From Escherichia coli 042 (GTDB lineage Bacteria; Pseudomonadota; Gammaproteobacteria; Enterobacterales; Enterobacteriaceae): a stretch of 64,000 bases of DNA. Each line of letters opens with the position of its first letter. Position 1 is the stretch's first letter. The notes under the pieces were generated by a model. It was not told where the DNA came from. It saw only the letters and a program-made list of their open reading frames with translations, and made no database searches. This document shows, piece after piece, positions 12,021 through 28,916 of this stretch. The position numbers were made by a program, and so were the translations under genes. Location of the stretch: the NCBI RefSeq assembly GCF_000027125.1, contig NC_017626.1, one strand, 5' to 3'.

Positions 12021-12554
12021 ATGAAAACGCGTATTCATGTTGTGCAGGGTGATATTACCAAACTGGCCGTTGATGTGATTGTGAATGCGGCTAATCCGTC
12101 ATTAATGGGAGGCGGCGGCGTCGATGGGGCCATTCATCGCGCAGCGGGTCCGGCTCTGCTGGATGCCTGTTTAAAAGTCAGGCAACAGCAGGGCGATTGC
12201 CCTACGGGGCATGCCGTTATTACGCTTGCAGGCGATCTTTCCGCTAAAGCCGTAGTGCACACCGTCGGGCCAGTCTGGCGTGGTGGTGAACAAAACGAAG
12301 ACCAGCTTTTGCAGGATGCCTATCTCAATAGTCTGCGACTGGTGGCGGCAAACAGCTATACGTCAGTGGCATTTCCTGCAATCAGTACTGGGGTTTATGG
12401 TTACCCTCGTGCGGCAGCGGCTGAAATCGCAGTAAAAACCGTTTCAGAATTTATTACCCGTCACGCTTTACCCGAACAGGTATACTTTGTCTGTTATGAT
12501 GAAGAAAACACCCACCTCTACGAAAGACTCCTTACCCAACAAGGAGATGAATGA
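12021..12554 (+). CDS. ymdB: Macrodomain O-acetyl-ADP-ribose deacetylase YmdB
   Basis: 177 aa, macro-domain motifs ([23 protein letters not shown]). Confidence 0.9.
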   Translation: MKTRIHVVQGDITKLAVDVIVNAANPSLMGGGGVDGAIHRAAGPALLDACLKVRQQQGDCPTGHAVITLAGDLSAKAVVHTVGPVWRGGEQNEDQLLQDAYLNSLRLVAANSYTSVAFPAISTGVYGYPRAAAAEIAVKTVSEFITRHALPEQVYFVCYDEENTHLYERLLTQQGDE

Positions 12555-13977
12555 TTTGCCCCGGCTGGCGAGCGCGGTGCTGCCACTGTGTTCGCAACAT
12601 CCCGGTCAGTGTGGCCTTTTTCCTCTGGAGAAAAGTCTGGATGCGTTTGCCGCCCGGTATCGTCTGGCCGAAATGGCAGAGCATACGCTGGATGTTCAGT
12701 ATTACATCTGGCAGGACGATATGTCGGGTCGGTTACTCTTTTCCGCCCTGTTAGCCGCAGCAAAGCGTGGCGTTCGCGTCCGTTTGTTGCTGGACGACAA
12801 CAATACGCCCGGACTTGACGACATTTTACGCTTGCTTGACAGTCATCCCCGCATTGAAGTCCGGCTTTTTAATCCTTTCTCGTTTCGCTTGCTACGTCCG
12901 CTTGGTTATATCACCGACTTTTCCCGTCTCAATCGCCGTATGCACAATAAAAGTTTCACTGTCGATGGCGTGGTGACGCTGGTAGGGGGGCGAAATATTG
13001 GTGATGCCTATTTTGGGGCAGGGGAAGAGCCACTTTTTTCGGATTTAGATGTCATGGCAATAGGACCAGTTGTAGAGGACGTTGCCGATGATTTCGCCCG
13101 CTACTGGTATTGCAAATCGGTTTCACCCTTACAGCAGGTGCTGGATGTCCCGGAAGGTGAAATGGCGGATCGCATCGAGTTACCAGCATCCTGGCACAAC
13201 GATGCCATGACGCATCGTTATTTACGCAAAATGGAATCCAGCCCGTTTATAAATCATCTGGTTGATGGAACGTTGCCGCTTATCTGGGCGAAAACACGTT
13301 TATTAAGTGATGATCCGGCGAAAGGGGAAGGCAAGGCAAAACGGCATTCACTGTTACCGCAGCGCCTGTTCGATATCATGGGCTCACCCAGTGAACGCAT
13401 CGATATTATCTCTTCCTATTTTGTACCGACACGCGCAGGTGTGGCGCAACTCTTACGGATGGTGAGAAAAGGGGTAAAGATTGCGATCCTAACCAATTCT
13501 CTTGCCGCTAACGATGTTGCTGTCGTCCATGCCGGATACGCACGCTGGCGCAAAAAATTGCTCCGCTACGGCGTGGAATTATATGAACTCAAGCCGACGC
13601 GTGAACAAAGTAGTACGTTACACGATCGCGGCATAACCGGTAATTCCGGTGCCAGCCTGCATGCTAAAACCTTTAGCATCGATGGTAAAACGGTGTTTAT
13701 CGGCTCTTTCAATTTCGATCCGCGTTCGACATTGCTCAATACTGAAATGGGGTTCGTGATAGAGAGCGAAACGCTGGCACAGTTAATTGATAAACGCTTT
13801 ATTCAGAGCCAGTATGATGCGGCCTGGCAGCTCCGTCTGGACAGGTGGGGACGGATCAACTGGGTTGATCGTCATGCAAAGAAAGAAATTGTTCTCAAAA
13901 AAGAACCCGCCACCAGTTTCTGGAAGCGGGTTATGGTCAGACTGGCATCGATATTGCCCGTGGAATGGTTATTATAA
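12547..13977 (+). CDS. clsC: Cardiolipin synthase C (phospholipase D family)
   Basis: Two HxK(x4)D motifs (HNKSFTVDG and HAKTFSIDG). Start set at the ATG overlapping the ymdB stop; exact start uncertain (ORF track starts at 12487). Confidence 0.85.
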   Translation: MNDLPRLASAVLPLCSQHPGQCGLFPLEKSLDAFAARYRLAEMAEHTLDVQYYIWQDDMSGRLLFSALLAAAKRGVRVRLLLDDNNTPGLDDILRLLDSHPRIEVRLFNPFSFRLLRPLGYITDFSRLNRRMHNKSFTVDGVVTLVGGRNIGDAYFGAGEEPLFSDLDVMAIGPVVEDVADDFARYWYCKSVSPLQQVLDVPEGEMADRIELPASWHNDAMTHRYLRKMESSPFINHLVDGTLPLIWAKTRLLSDDPAKGEGKAKRHSLLPQRLFDIMGSPSERIDIISSYFVPTRAGVAQLLRMVRKGVKIAILTNSLAANDVAVVHAGYARWRKKLLRYGVELYELKPTREQSSTLHDRGITGNSGASLHAKTFSIDGKTVFIGSFNFDPRSTLLNTEMGFVIESETLAQLIDKRFIQSQYDAAWQLRLDRWGRINWVDRHAKKEIVLKKEPATSFWKRVMVRLASILPVEWLL

Positions 13978-13984
13978 ACGCGGC

Positions 13985-15142
13985 TTAACGGGCTGGTGCT
14001 TTATCGTTCTCACGCTTAACAACCGGTTTACCAGAGAACAAAAACTTCAGTAACGGGATGCGTAAATGAATTTCATACAGAATTATCGCAATCCCTACTA
14101 CGAATATCAGGCCACAGAGAAAACCAAGCCAGTTGGATGTGATGTGCGGTGTAATGTACGCGCCGAAAAACAGAGTTAACGGGTGGTGAACCAGATAGAT
14201 AAACAGCGATGCATTAACAAAGTAAGTCACCCGCGCTGACTGGAAGTTAAGCAAACGGTGGCCGAAGGAGAAGACCACATTCACCATCCACAGACCGAGG
14301 ACCATGGTGATCACCGACTCGGTTTCGTACATCCAGGCATCGCCACTGCCATAGCGCTGGTTGAGTAAGTAAGCGACAAATGCCAATGCTGCTGCAAGGG
14401 TACAGCCACGAGACGGCGTGGTAAACAAGGTTTTAAGATGAGGGAAAATGAAAGCCAGTGCGCCGAGGATAAAGAACGGCAAATAAAATAGCGTTTGCAT
14501 GACAATAAAATTGAACATGCCGTTACTCAGAATGGGCGGATACACAATAAAAATCGTTCTTCTTATTACCGCATAGCCGATGCCGAGGCACAAAAAAATC
14601 ACCGATAGTTTTACCATCGAGAATTTTTTATTCGTTTTATCAGAATTTTCTAAATTATTTCTGATGCGTTTAAATATCCATACGCACAGCGTCGTCATGA
14701 CTACTAACACCAGTAAAAACCACAGGTGTGATATTAATTCCCAGGCCAACGTATTATATTTGTCATACAATGACAGGCCAGGCCAACTTTCCGCTTTCCC
14801 TTTGACGTATTGCAGCATAATAAATTGCGGTAATGTCAGTAGGGGGATGGCTGTTAACATCGGGATACCTACACGTTCGACACGTACTTTCCACCATTTT
14901 TTCAAGGGATAGCGTAAAAAAAGCATGTAGGAAAAGTACCCGGATATAACGAAAAATACCTGCATGCGGAACGAGTGGATGAAGTCATTAAAAAGGGTCA
15001 GCCACAATGACGGTTCGGCGCTATTCACATGCCATGTATGGCTCGAATAGATTAAAGAAATATGAAAAGGGATCCCTAACAACATCAGCCAGGCGCGGAT
15101 GGAGTCGAGGAAATATTCACGTTGCGCGGGTACTGGATTCAT
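13985..15142 (-). CDS. opgC: OPG (glucan) succinyltransferase OpgC
   Basis: 385-aa polytopic membrane acyltransferase-3 family protein. Confidence 0.88.
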   Translation of the reverse strand: MNPVPAQREYFLDSIRAWLMLLGIPFHISLIYSSHTWHVNSAEPSLWLTLFNDFIHSFRMQVFFVISGYFSYMLFLRYPLKKWWKVRVERVGIPMLTAIPLLTLPQFIMLQYVKGKAESWPGLSLYDKYNTLAWELISHLWFLLVLVVMTTLCVWIFKRIRNNLENSDKTNKKFSMVKLSVIFLCLGIGYAVIRRTIFIVYPPILSNGMFNFIVMQTLFYLPFFILGALAFIFPHLKTLFTTPSRGCTLAAALAFVAYLLNQRYGSGDAWMYETESVITMVLGLWMVNVVFSFGHRLLNFQSARVTYFVNASLFIYLVHHPLTLFFGAYITPHITSNWLGFLCGLIFVVGIAIILYEIHLRIPLLKFLFSGKPVVKRENDKAPAR

Positions 15143-15424
15143 ATATGGTTAACTAATCTCGGATTTTTCGTCTTATCCCTGTCGGGTTATGCCTTTAGGC
15201 TTGTTGCCATAGCGACACCGACCTGACCGCGCCAGGCGCAGGCTTCAAGGTTTTTATGCATAGCATCATCGCTACCACTAACCAGAATGGAAGCGTCTGT
15301 AAGACGGTTGATAAATAAATTTGCTGGCAAACCCTACACGAAGTCGATGCTTCTGTCTTTAGGAGAAGCACGGAAAGTGAAAACGGTTGCAATCAGGTGC
15401 TTAATCCATGAGCCAGCGTGCTGA

Positions 15425-19607
<4,183 letters not shown>

Positions 19608-19614
19608 AAACGTA

Positions 19615-19720
19615 GTTGCCTGATGCACTACGCTTATCGGGCCTACATCGCTCCTGCAATGTGTTGATTTTGCAAGATTTTGTAGGTCGGATAAGGCGTT
19701 CACGCCACATCTGGCAAAAA
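19615..19720. repeat. REP/BIME elements in the opgH–yceK intergenic region
   Basis: GCCTGATGCACTACGCTTATCGGGCCTAC and GTAGGTCGGATAAGGCGTTCACGCCACATCTGGCA palindromic units. Confidence 0.75.
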
Positions 19721-19779
19721 CAACGAGCCAATAAAAATACCGGCGTTATGCCGGTATTTTTTTACGGAAGAGGTATCAA

Positions 19780-20007
19780 ATGCGTTTAATTGTGGTGAGC
19801 ATCATGGTGACCTTGCTGAGTGGCTGTGGCAGCATTATTAGTCGCACTATACCGGGGCAGGGGCATGGCAACCAATCTTATCCCGGTGTGCAATGGGATG
19901 TGCGTGACTCCGCCTGGCGTTATGTCACGATCCTTGATCTGCCATTCTCCCTGGTTTTTGATACTTTACTGCTGCCGATCGACATTCATCATGGCCCGTA
20001 TGAGTGA
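19780..20007 (+). CDS. yceK: Lipoprotein YceK
   Basis: 75 aa with lipobox LLSGC. Confidence 0.85.
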   Translation: MRLIVVSIMVTLLSGCGSIISRTIPGQGHGNQSYPGVQWDVRDSAWRYVTILDLPFSLVFDTLLLPIDIHHGPYE

Positions 20008-20382
20008 TTAACGTTCATCCCACTCATCAGCTGCTGCGCGTCCTTCCTCGGTATCCAGCGGTGGCTCAAGCTGAAATTCCCCCTCGTCCCATTCATGTAA
20101 TGTATTCTCTTCCTGCCACTCCTGGCGGATCTCTATCTCATCATAGTCGCCATCAAAAACACTTTGCGCGGCTTCACCGCTAAGCATAGGTAAACATTCA
20201 CCTTCTTCCCCTTCGTCGGCAAAAAACTCAACTTGCCACATGATGTCGCCGTCCTGCAAAACGTATTTTTGGGCATTGAACTGTTGCACATTCGCATTTT
20301 CGGCGTCGATGCCGGGGTTGTCTGCAAGAAATTCTTCGCGTGCAGCGTCAATGGCTTCTTCAAGCGTTGCGTACATGGTCAT
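20008..20382 (-). CDS. msyB: Acidic protein MsyB
   Basis: Highly acidic 124–125 aa ORF. Confidence 0.88.
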   Translation of the reverse strand: MTMYATLEEAIDAAREEFLADNPGIDAENANVQQFNAQKYVLQDGDIMWQVEFFADEGEEGECLPMLSGEAAQSVFDGDYDEIEIRQEWQEENTLHEWDEGEFQLEPPLDTEEGRAAADEWDER

Positions 20383-20464
20383 CACGATTCTCCCTTTGAG
20401 TTGATGAGGTTTCAGGGAAAAGGATAGCTGATTCTCCGCTTTTGCAAGTATGAAAGGCGAAAAA

Positions 20465-21691
20465 TCAGTTCGATACCTGGGGTATTCGACGACGACGTAG
20501 ACTGTTCCATGAATAGACTGCGTTGAATAACACTACGCCAGCGGTGACGAGAAATACCGCTCTGAAACCGTAGTTCGCTGAAATCGCGGCTCCCATCAAT
20601 GGTCCGGTAACGTTTCCAATATCACGAAACGACTGGTTATAGCTGAAGATACGCCCGGCGATTTGGTTGCTCGAGTTGTAAACCAACAGTGTCTGTACGG
20701 CGGGGAGTAGTGCACCATCGGCGGCACCGAGCAAAAAACGTAAAATCCCAAGTTGTAATGGCGTCTGAACGTAAGACATTGGGATCAATAGCAGTACAGA
20801 AAAGATCAGCGCCGTAATCAGGATCTTTTCGGGTCCGATTCGATCGCCAAGTTTGCCGAGTCGTGGTGCACTCAGCAGAGCCGCCACGCCTGGCACCGAG
20901 GCGATCATGCCACTGATAAAGGCGACGTTACTGACGTTACCCGCCAGTTCGCGGACATACAGCGTCAGAATGGGGGCAATTGAGCCCGTCGCCACCTGGA
21001 TGATTAACGTAGTGACAAACAGGCTGAGTACCAGTTTCGGTTTTTTAAGTGATGTCACCACTTCCCGCATGTGCAGCATCTCTTTTTTGCTGACCGGCTG
21101 GAATTTTTCTCTGATGCAAAACAGGGTGACGAAAAAGCAGAGTATGAGCACACTGGCGGTAATAAAGAATACCGGACGTAAGCCGTAGCTATCGGCAAGC
21201 AAACCGCCAGCCATTGGGCCGAGCAACGCACCGCTAACGCCGCCTGTGGAAAGCGTCCCCAGCGCCCAGCCGCTTTTATTACGTGGTACTTGTGTGGCGA
21301 TAAGAGCATTAGCGTTGGGGACAAATCCGCCAAGTAACCCAAGAAGCGCCCGTAGGATCAAAAACTGCCAGATATTTTGTGCCAGCCCCATCAACACCAT
21401 CACGATGCCCATGCCGAGGGCAGAGCGTAATAGCATGAGTTTTCGGCCTTTACGGTCGGCGAGTCCACCCCAAAACGGTGAGGCGATGGCCGAAAATAAA
21501 AATGTAATGCTGAAGACAATACCGGACCACATATTCAAGGCGGAGTGGCCCGTAACGCCAAGCTGCTCAACGTAGAGGGGTAAGAAGGGCATTACCAGGC
21601 TGAAGGCGGCACCCGTAAGAAAACAGCCTAGCCAGGCGACGATCAGGTTTCGTTTCCAGTTTATAGGGGTGTCATTTTCACAGGGTGACAT
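20465..21691 (-). CDS. mdtG: MFS multidrug efflux transporter MdtG
   Basis: 408 aa, 12-TM MFS. Confidence 0.9.
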   Translation of the reverse strand: MSPCENDTPINWKRNLIVAWLGCFLTGAAFSLVMPFLPLYVEQLGVTGHSALNMWSGIVFSITFLFSAIASPFWGGLADRKGRKLMLLRSALGMGIVMVLMGLAQNIWQFLILRALLGLLGGFVPNANALIATQVPRNKSGWALGTLSTGGVSGALLGPMAGGLLADSYGLRPVFFITASVLILCFFVTLFCIREKFQPVSKKEMLHMREVVTSLKKPKLVLSLFVTTLIIQVATGSIAPILTLYVRELAGNVSNVAFISGMIASVPGVAALLSAPRLGKLGDRIGPEKILITALIFSVLLLIPMSYVQTPLQLGILRFLLGAADGALLPAVQTLLVYNSSNQIAGRIFSYNQSFRDIGNVTGPLMGAAISANYGFRAVFLVTAGVVLFNAVYSWNSLRRRRIPQVSN

Positions 21692-21862
21692 AGCAATCCG
21701 CTGTTGGTGCGCCAGGCGCGGTGAACATAAGAAGAAAAGATAAGCACACTAATTATGCGCCCGACTTCCAGGGGGCGCAATCCAGAGAGCTTTTATCGCT
21801 AAATCAGGGGGATTTGCTGTGGTAATGCCGGATACCCTTCTGAAGCATCCGGCATGGGAGAT

Positions 21863-22783
21863 TTAATAGCGTGAAGGAACGCCTTCCGGGCGTGTTTTAA
21901 AGCGACGGTGTAACCACATATACTGCTCTGGTGCCATCATGATGCATTTTTCGACCACTTTGTTCATCCACGCGGCGGTGGTTTCGGCATCATCCAGCGG
22001 CGGAGAACACTCTGGCGGCAGCATAATCAACTGATACCCTTTGCCATCTGGCTTACGGCGTGGAACGAAGGGCACCAGACATGCGCCGGACATCCGTGCC
22101 AGCATCCAGGTTCCGGTCGTGGTCGCAGCCTGCTCAACGGCAAACAACGGGACGAAAACGCTTGAGCGCGGGCCGTAATCATGATCCGGTGCGTACCAGA
22201 CCACTTCGCCTTTTTTCAGGGCTTTAATCATGCCTTTTAAATCTTTGCGGTCGAGCATCGATTTATTTGAGCGCAAACGGCCCCAGGTTTGTAGCCAGTC
22301 AATCAGTGGATTATCGTTCGGGCGGTAAACGCCAATCCCCGGTTCCTGCATACCAAACTGCCGCGCACCCAGCTCCAGTGTCAGAAAATGGATGCCAACT
22401 AACAGGATGCCGCGTTTTTGCGCCTGCACGTCACGAATGTGTTCCATGCCGATCACTTCCGTCCAGCGGGCGATTCTGCGGTCCGGCCAGAACCACGCCA
22501 TGCCAGTTTCCATCAGTCCCATGCCAACGGATTCGAAATTCTTCACCACCATTTTACGGCGTTCTTGTTCGCTCATTTCCGGGAAGCACAGTTCCAGGTT
22601 GCGATGCACAATTTTTGCGCGTCGTTTCATAAAACGTAACGCCAGTTTTCCTAATCCACAACCGAGGCGGTAGATAACCGGGTAGGGCAATTGCACGACT
22701 AACCAAAGTACGCCAATACCCAACCAGGTTAACCAATAACGCGGATGAAGCAGTGCGGTGGAGAACTTGGGTAGATTCGTCAT
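21863..22783 (-). CDS. lpxL: Lipid A biosynthesis lauroyltransferase LpxL
   Basis: Start trimmed to [17 protein letters not shown] (306 aa); lipid A acyltransferase family. Confidence 0.9.
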
Positions 22784-23007
22784 ATCAATCCTGTTTTTCA
22801 ACCTATACGGGCAATTGTATGTATTGTCGCATTTTTTCGCCCGCAACCAAAATTTGTGGCTGAAGACTGGGCGAAATTGCCGCGCTTGTAAATAACAAAT
22901 AATTTTTAATGCGCAAATGTAGCGTAAAATGTGTGGATGTTAATTATCGATAATTGCTATATCATGCCGCGGATTTTTACTTTCCCATCTCGCAGGAACC
23001 GTACACC

Positions 23008-24060
23008 ATGCCAGTGTTACACAACCGCATTTCCAACGACGCGTTAAAAGCCAAAATGTTGGCTGAGAGCGAACCGCGAACCACCATTTCGTTTTACAAG
23101 TATTTCCACATCGCCGATCCTAAGGCGACCCGTGACGCTTTATATCAGCTGTTTACCGCGCTGGATGTTTTTGGGCGAGTGTATCTGGCGCATGAGGGCA
23201 TTAACGCGCAAATCAGCGTACCTGCGAGCAATGTTGAAACATTTCGCGCGCAGCTTTATGCCTTCGACCCGGCTTTAGAGGGCTTACGCCTGAATATCGC
23301 GTTGGATGATGACGGGAAATCCTTCTGGGTACTGCGCATGAAGGTCCGTGATCGTATCGTTGCCGACGGTATTGACGATCCTCACTTCGATGCCAGCAAT
23401 GTGGGTGAGTATCTGCAAGCGGCGGAAGTGAACGCCATGCTTGACGATCCCGATGCATTGTTTATCGACATGCGTAACCACTATGAGTATGAAGTGGGGC
23501 ACTTTGAAAACGCGCTGGAAATTCCGGCAGATACCTTCCGTGAGCAGTTGCCAAAAGCAGTCGAGATGATGCAGGCACATAAAGATAAAAAAATCGTCAT
23601 GTACTGCACCGGCGGCATTCGTTGTGAAAAAGCCAGTGCCTGGATGAAACATAACGGATTCAATAAAGTCTGGCATATCGAGGGCGGAATTATTGAATAC
23701 GCCCGCAAGGCGCGCGAGCAGGGTTTACCGGTACGTTTTATTGGCAAAAATTTTGTTTTTGACGAGCGGATGGGCGAACGTATATCTGATGAGATTATCG
23801 CGCATTGCCACCAGTGCGGTGCGCCGTGCGACAGCCATACCAACTGTAAAAATGATGGCTGCCACCTGCTTTTTATTCAGTGTCCAGTATGTGCGGAAAA
23901 ATACAAAGGTTGTTGTAGTGAGATTTGCTGCGAAGAAAGCGCGTTACCGCCTGAAGAACAGCGACGCCGTCGGGCAGGACGTGAAAATGGCAATAAGATC
24001 TTTAATAAGTCTCGTGGACGTCTGAATACAACACTGGGCATTCCTGATCCAACAGAATAA
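23008..24060 (+). CDS. trhO: tRNA uridine(34) hydroxylase TrhO (rhodanese domain, YceA)
   Basis: Start at [10 protein letters not shown] (350 aa); rhodanese active-site Cys (CTGGIRC) and C-terminal Cys-rich tail. Confidence 0.88.
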   Translation: MPVLHNRISNDALKAKMLAESEPRTTISFYKYFHIADPKATRDALYQLFTALDVFGRVYLAHEGINAQISVPASNVETFRAQLYAFDPALEGLRLNIALDDDGKSFWVLRMKVRDRIVADGIDDPHFDASNVGEYLQAAEVNAMLDDPDALFIDMRNHYEYEVGHFENALEIPADTFREQLPKAVEMMQAHKDKKIVMYCTGGIRCEKASAWMKHNGFNKVWHIEGGIIEYARKAREQGLPVRFIGKNFVFDERMGERISDEIIAHCHQCGAPCDSHTNCKNDGCHLLFIQCPVCAEKYKGCCSEICCEESALPPEEQRRRRAGRENGNKIFNKSRGRLNTTLGIPDPTE

Positions 24061-24101
24061 ATATCATTGCCGGATGCGTGCCATCCGGCAACATTTCACG
24101 C

Positions 24102-24677
24102 TTACTTCTGCTGTACGCCTTCCACTGAAATAATCAGATCCACTTCCTGAGAAGCTGGACCTAAATCTGTTTTGATATTGAAGTCCTTGAGCTTAATTTT
24201 GCCTTCGGCCTCGAAGCCTGCACGTTTACCACCCCACGGGTCGTCGCCTTGACCAATTAATTTCGCTTCCAGCGTGACGGGTTTGGTTACGCCATTCAGC
24301 GTCAGATCGCCGGTAATATCCAGGTCGTCACCGTCTTTCTTCACGCTGGTGGAGGTGAATGTTGCCAGTGGATATTTTGCAGTATTGAGGAAATCTGCAC
24401 TGCGAAGATGTTTATCGCGTTCGGCGTGATTAGTATCGACGCTGGTGGTGTTAATTGTCACATTCACTTTATCGGCAGCCGGATTTTTTTCATCAAAGGT
24501 AAAAGTACCGTCGAAATCTTTAAAGGTGCCATATAACCAGCTATAGCCAAGATGCTGGATGCGAAAGTTAACAAAGGCGTGCTGACCTTCTTTGTCAATT
24601 TTGTAATCGGCGGCAACCGCTGAACCGGCAGAGAACATCAGGGAAGCGAAGGTTAAACCAAGCAGGCTTTTTTTCAT
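24102..24677 (-). CDS. yceI: Periplasmic polyisoprenoid-binding protein YceI
   Basis: 191 aa with signal peptide. Confidence 0.9.
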   Translation of the reverse strand: MKKSLLGLTFASLMFSAGSAVAADYKIDKEGQHAFVNFRIQHLGYSWLYGTFKDFDGTFTFDEKNPAADKVNVTINTTSVDTNHAERDKHLRSADFLNTAKYPLATFTSTSVKKDGDDLDITGDLTLNGVTKPVTLEAKLIGQGDDPWGGKRAGFEAEGKIKLKDFNIKTDLGPASQEVDLIISVEGVQQK

Positions 24678-24680
24678 TTT

Positions 24681-25247
24681 TTATACTCCATAGTCAGATG
24701 ACGACTTTCCCAGCATGCGCTTCAGAGTGTCGTCTTTATCGATGAAATGATGCTTCAGGGCCATAAATCCATGCATAACGGACAGTACTACGACGTTCCA
24801 CGCGAGCCAAAAATGCAGGGCACCGGCGAAGTCAGCCTGTGCGCCAGCGTCGGCGAGGGTCGCGGGGACGTCAAACCAGCCAAAAACGCTGATCGGTTTA
24901 CCATCGGCAGTTGAGATCAGATAGCCGCTGATGCCGATGGCGAACAGCAATAAGTACAATGCGAGATGTCCAGCCTTTGCGCCAAGACGAGTCATGGGCG
25001 AATAACTCTGCAGCGGACCCGGCGGTGGAGATATGACGCGCCACAGAACGCGAATAACCAGCCCCATCATTAACAAAATACCGATGCTTTTATGCAGTTC
25101 GGGTGCTTTGTGATACCAGCCATCGTAATAACTGAGCGTGACCATCCACAGACCTAAAGCAAACATGCCGTAGACAATAATTGCGCTTAGCCAATGGAAG
25201 GCCGCAGATATAACACCATAGCGTTCAGGGGTATTTGTGAATGACAT
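24681..25247 (-). CDS. yceJ: Cytochrome b561 homolog YceJ
   Basis: Start trimmed to MSFTNTPERYGV (188 aa); 4-TM haem-binding cytochrome b561 family. Confidence 0.85.
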   Translation of the reverse strand: MSFTNTPERYGVISAAFHWLSAIIVYGMFALGLWMVTLSYYDGWYHKAPELHKSIGILLMMGLVIRVLWRVISPPPGPLQSYSPMTRLGAKAGHLALYLLLFAIGISGYLISTADGKPISVFGWFDVPATLADAGAQADFAGALHFWLAWNVVVLSVMHGFMALKHHFIDKDDTLKRMLGKSSSDYGV

Positions 25248-25507
25248 AAGTGCATCCAAAACGAATTTGCGAGAGAAAGAAAATGGCGTGTCGGAGAATG
25301 AATTGCAACACAAAAATAACAAATTGAATGATATTTATTTTTATTTCAATAATTTTGAATTAATAATGAAAGAATCTTCATAAGTTTAGTGGGTTCAGCA
25401 TCAGAGATGTCTGGTGAGTGCTGTAGAAGCAGGAATAATCTCATTCAATTTTTCACGCTAAATGAAAGGGAGATTAAATATTTGTCAGTTTATGTCAGTG
25501 CGGAAAA

Positions 25508-25648
25508 CTAAAAATAAAACACATAGATCAGATCCATAATTGCCAACAATCCCCAGAGAAAAAGATAAAGCATCAGATGCTCGCGAATATTATTGATGAG
25601 ATAGTGCAACAGCCGACGCATTAAATACTCCTGTAAAAACGGCCTCAT
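25508..25648 (-). CDS. yceO: Small membrane protein YceO (46 aa)
   Basis: Minus-strand small [49 protein letters not shown], below the 60-aa ORF-track cutoff; read directly from the sequence. Confidence 0.65.
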
Positions 25649-25668
25649 TCTGGAGGCCGTAATGATGA

Positions 25669-26787
25669 TTATTGGAAGCGGGAAAGCCTGAATGGCGTCA
25701 AATCAAAATCGCTTTTTTTGTCTTGCGCAAAATCGGCAGCTATTTCCCCTAAAACTGACGCAAATTTAAAACCGTGCCCACTCAGGCCGGTAATGAGCAG
25801 TGTATTATCGTGGTCGGGTAGGGTATCGATAATAAAATCTTCGTCAGGCGAATTATCATAGGTGCAGGCAGCGCCGTACAGGCAGCAACCGATACCCGGC
25901 AATACATTGCGCAAGAACGGGAAGGCTTCCGAACCATCGCTGACCACTTCCGCAAACGGAACACGTTCATCCGCTGAATGGATAACCTGGCCTCCGTTAT
26001 GTTTGCCAATCTTCAACGCGTCGTTTTCTGCCGGAAAACCATAATATTGATCGCCATTGGGCAGTTCACCGGTAAACGCCGGGAATTTATTCTTCACGCT
26101 ATAGCGACCATCGGCCTGATACCAGGCAAATACTTTGCGTACGGGCTGGACAGGCAGCTCCGGGAGCAGGTCTTTTACCCATGTTCCCGCGCAGACAATC
26201 GCTTTTTTCGCCTGATAATCACCGTCAGCCGTTTCAATAGTTACGCCATCATCGTCATGACGAATTGCGGTGACCGGGCAGTTGAACAGCTGCGCACAGC
26301 CCGCTTCCTTCGCCAGTTGGATCCAGGTTTTAATCGCCAGTTCGCTGCGCAAAAAACCGGAATCAGTCTCAAATAAGCCGATGTAGTTGTCCGGGACGCG
26401 TATTTCCGGCCAGCGGGCCATAATCCCTTGCGCATCGAGCTTTTCAACGTTGAGTTGCCATTGTTCGGCGCTGTGGGCGACGTTGGCGAGAAATGTGGAA
26501 TCAGCCGGGCCAAGGTTAATGACGCCAGAGCGTACAAAAATGGGATCTTCTTCGTTGTGGCGGGAGAGTTCATCCCACAGCGTTTGCGCGCGGAGAACCA
26601 GCGGGACATACTTTTCGCCTTCACCATAAGCATGGCGAATTAATCGCGTATCGCCGTGGTGGCTGCCGTGTTGATGTGGTGGCATATGGGCGTCGGTCAT
26701 TAGCACGTTTAAACCGGCACGGGTTGCATAATACCCGGCGGCAGCGCCTACGGAACCGCTGCCAATAATGATGAGATCGTATTTCAT
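25669..26787 (-). CDS. solA: N-methyl-L-tryptophan oxidase SolA
   Basis: 372 aa, N-terminal FAD-binding [12 protein letters not shown] motif. Confidence 0.92.
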
Positions 26788-26901
26788 TTTTTTCTCTCTG
26801 CTCTCATGGTTTAAGCAGAGTAATTAACTGAATGCAGATATACAACCCAGAAATGGTAAAGGCACCGGTGAGGTGCCTTTTGGGTGGATGGTCATGTCAT
26901 G

Positions 26902-27156
26902 TTAATGACGCCGATACTCGTTTACCGGGAAATCACCGGATTCAATTTTGGCGATTCCTGCTTCTAATATCGAAATAAATTGTCTGGCAACATCAGTGGT
27001 TAACCAGAGCGTCTGACCAACTTCAGTCCCTTCCTGCTCGGACTTATTTGGGGTCTGGTAGTGCAAACGCAACATCAGCGCATCATAGCTATCAACGGTG
27101 CTGATGTCCCACCCTACGAGCGGATGAGTCTGAATGACTTCATTATTTTTTTCCAT
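26902..27156 (-). CDS. bssS: Biofilm regulator BssS
   Basis: 84–85 aa ORF. Confidence 0.88.
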   Translation of the reverse strand: MEKNNEVIQTHPLVGWDISTVDSYDALMLRLHYQTPNKSEQEGTEVGQTLWLTTDVARQFISILEAGIAKIESGDFPVNEYRRH

Positions 27157-27445
27157 CATGGCCCCCTAATTCGTGTTACTAGACAACGTTATTCGAGGTT
27201 CAATGCGTTTTTATCTGAAGCAACTTCAGTATACCAATAAGTAAGGGTATTCACCGAATTTTTAAAGGGGGGAACAGATAAATTTCTGCTTTTAAGATTT
27301 ATATGAACAATAAAACAGCATGTCATTCATATTTTTTTAGCATATTGTGCAATTATTTTGAGGAAGTGTAGAAATTTTGTACTCAAAATTTGTAAGTAAA
27401 ATAAAAAAGCCGGGGCGACCCGGCAAAAACAAAAATCACTGCATA

Positions 27446-27691
27446 TTATTCGCTGACAAACCAGTCATCGGCGCTTTCCCACGTTTCCTGGAGAATTTCG
27501 CTAATGCGCTGTTTATCTTCTTTTGTTGCGCCAATAACCGATAAATTATTCGCTGCGGCATAACGTACCGATACGTGGCCTTCATTATCAGGAAACGCAT
27601 ACTGAATACGGCGGGAAAGTTCGCCAGCCAGGGCGTCAATAGCCCCAGCTGGCAATGGAGAAGTTTTCGCTATGGTGACTTCAATTCGCAT
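27446..27691 (-). CDS. dinI: DNA damage-inducible protein DinI
   Basis: 81 aa starting MRIEVTIAK; the 125-aa ORF-track extension is upstream read-through. Confidence 0.9.
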   Translation of the reverse strand: MRIEVTIAKTSPLPAGAIDALAGELSRRIQYAFPDNEGHVSVRYAAANNLSVIGATKEDKQRISEILQETWESADDWFVSE

Positions 27692-27710
27692 AATAGCCCC
27701 CTGTTGAATA

Positions 27711-27730
27711 TACTGGTTATTTATACAGGT
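27711..27730. promoter_or_regulatory. LexA box (SOS operator) of dinI
   Basis: TACTGGTTATTTATACAGGT, matching the CTG-N10-CAG LexA consensus about 20 bp upstream of the dinI start. Confidence 0.75.
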
Positions 27731-27764
27731 AAAATAACCTAATGACAACAGGAAGCTAGGATTT

Positions 27765-28811
27765 TTATTGTTTAACGGACCAGCGTACCGTTTCCCCGGC
27801 GAGGAATGGCACCAGTGTGTCATCAGTCAATGCGATGCTTTCAGCAACCTGTTGCTCTTCGCGGACCAGTTCGATGAATGTGTCGTTGACCGGCAAGCCA
27901 TAGAACTGCGGGCCGTTTACAGAACAGAATGCTTCAAAGTGCTGCAGAGCATTCATCTCTTCAAAGACGGTAGCGTAACTGCCCAGCGCGGTGGGGGCGT
28001 TGAAGCAGCCCGCGCAGCCGCAGCTGCTCTCTTTGCGATGACGTGCATGCGGCGCAGAATCCGTACCGAGGAATACGCGATTAAAACCGCTGGCGACCAG
28101 TTCACGCAGTGCCTGTTGGTGAATATTGCGTTTGAGGATGGGTAGACAATACAGGTGTGGACGCACGCCACCAACCAGCATATGGTTGCGGTTAAACATC
28201 AGATGCTGCGGAGTGATGGTGGCAGCCAGCCGTTCATTTCCGTTACGGACATAGTCGGCAGCATCTTTGGTGGTGATGTGCTCAAAAACGACTTTCAGCG
28301 CAGTCAGGCGCTGGCGCAGCGGTTCCATCACGCTTTCAATAAAGCGCGCTTCACGATCAAAAATGTCGATATCTGCATGTGTCACTTCACCATGCACCAG
28401 TAACGGCATACCGATTTTTTCCATGCGCTCAAGTACCGGCATGATTGCGTCAACTGACGTCACGCCGTGACTGGAGTTAGTGGTTGCGTTTGCCGGGTAA
28501 AGTTTGGCAGCGGTGAACACGCCTTCGTTAAATCCACGCTCAAGCTCATTAGGGTCTAGTGAATCTGTCAAATAACAGGTCATCAGCGGGCTGAAATCGT
28601 GCCCGGCAGGTACGGCGTCAAGAATACGCTGGCGATAAGCCACGGCAGCCTCAACGGTGGTCACGGGCGGAGCCAGATTGGGCATTACGATAGCCCGTCC
28701 ATAAATTTCGCTGGTATACGGCACGACAGTTTTTAACATGTCGCCATCGCGGAGGTGAAGGTGCCAGTCGTCTGGGCGGCGGATCTTTAATACCTGGGAT
28801 GGTGCAGTCAT
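27765..28811 (-). CDS. pyrC: Dihydroorotase PyrC
   Basis: 348 aa, HxH zinc motif ([10 protein letters not shown]). Confidence 0.93.
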   Translation of the reverse strand: MTAPSQVLKIRRPDDWHLHLRDGDMLKTVVPYTSEIYGRAIVMPNLAPPVTTVEAAVAYRQRILDAVPAGHDFSPLMTCYLTDSLDPNELERGFNEGVFTAAKLYPANATTNSSHGVTSVDAIMPVLERMEKIGMPLLVHGEVTHADIDIFDREARFIESVMEPLRQRLTALKVVFEHITTKDAADYVRNGNERLAATITPQHLMFNRNHMLVGGVRPHLYCLPILKRNIHQQALRELVASGFNRVFLGTDSAPHARHRKESSCGCAGCFNAPTALGSYATVFEEMNALQHFEAFCSVNGPQFYGLPVNDTFIELVREEQQVAESIALTDDTLVPFLAGETVRWSVKQ

Positions 28812-28916
28812 TAATCTCTATGCTCCGGCTGAAGGGATGTTTTTGCCGGACACAAAGGATAAGCGGAAACGTTTTCCTTTGCACGAAAAATAAAGGGCGC
28901 GAATGCGCCCTCGTGA

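Noticed and set aside
27446-27823. 125-aa ORF-track version of dinI
   Set aside because: The N-terminal 44 codons run through the LexA box and promoter; the genuine product is the 81-aa C-terminal portion starting MRIEVTIAK.
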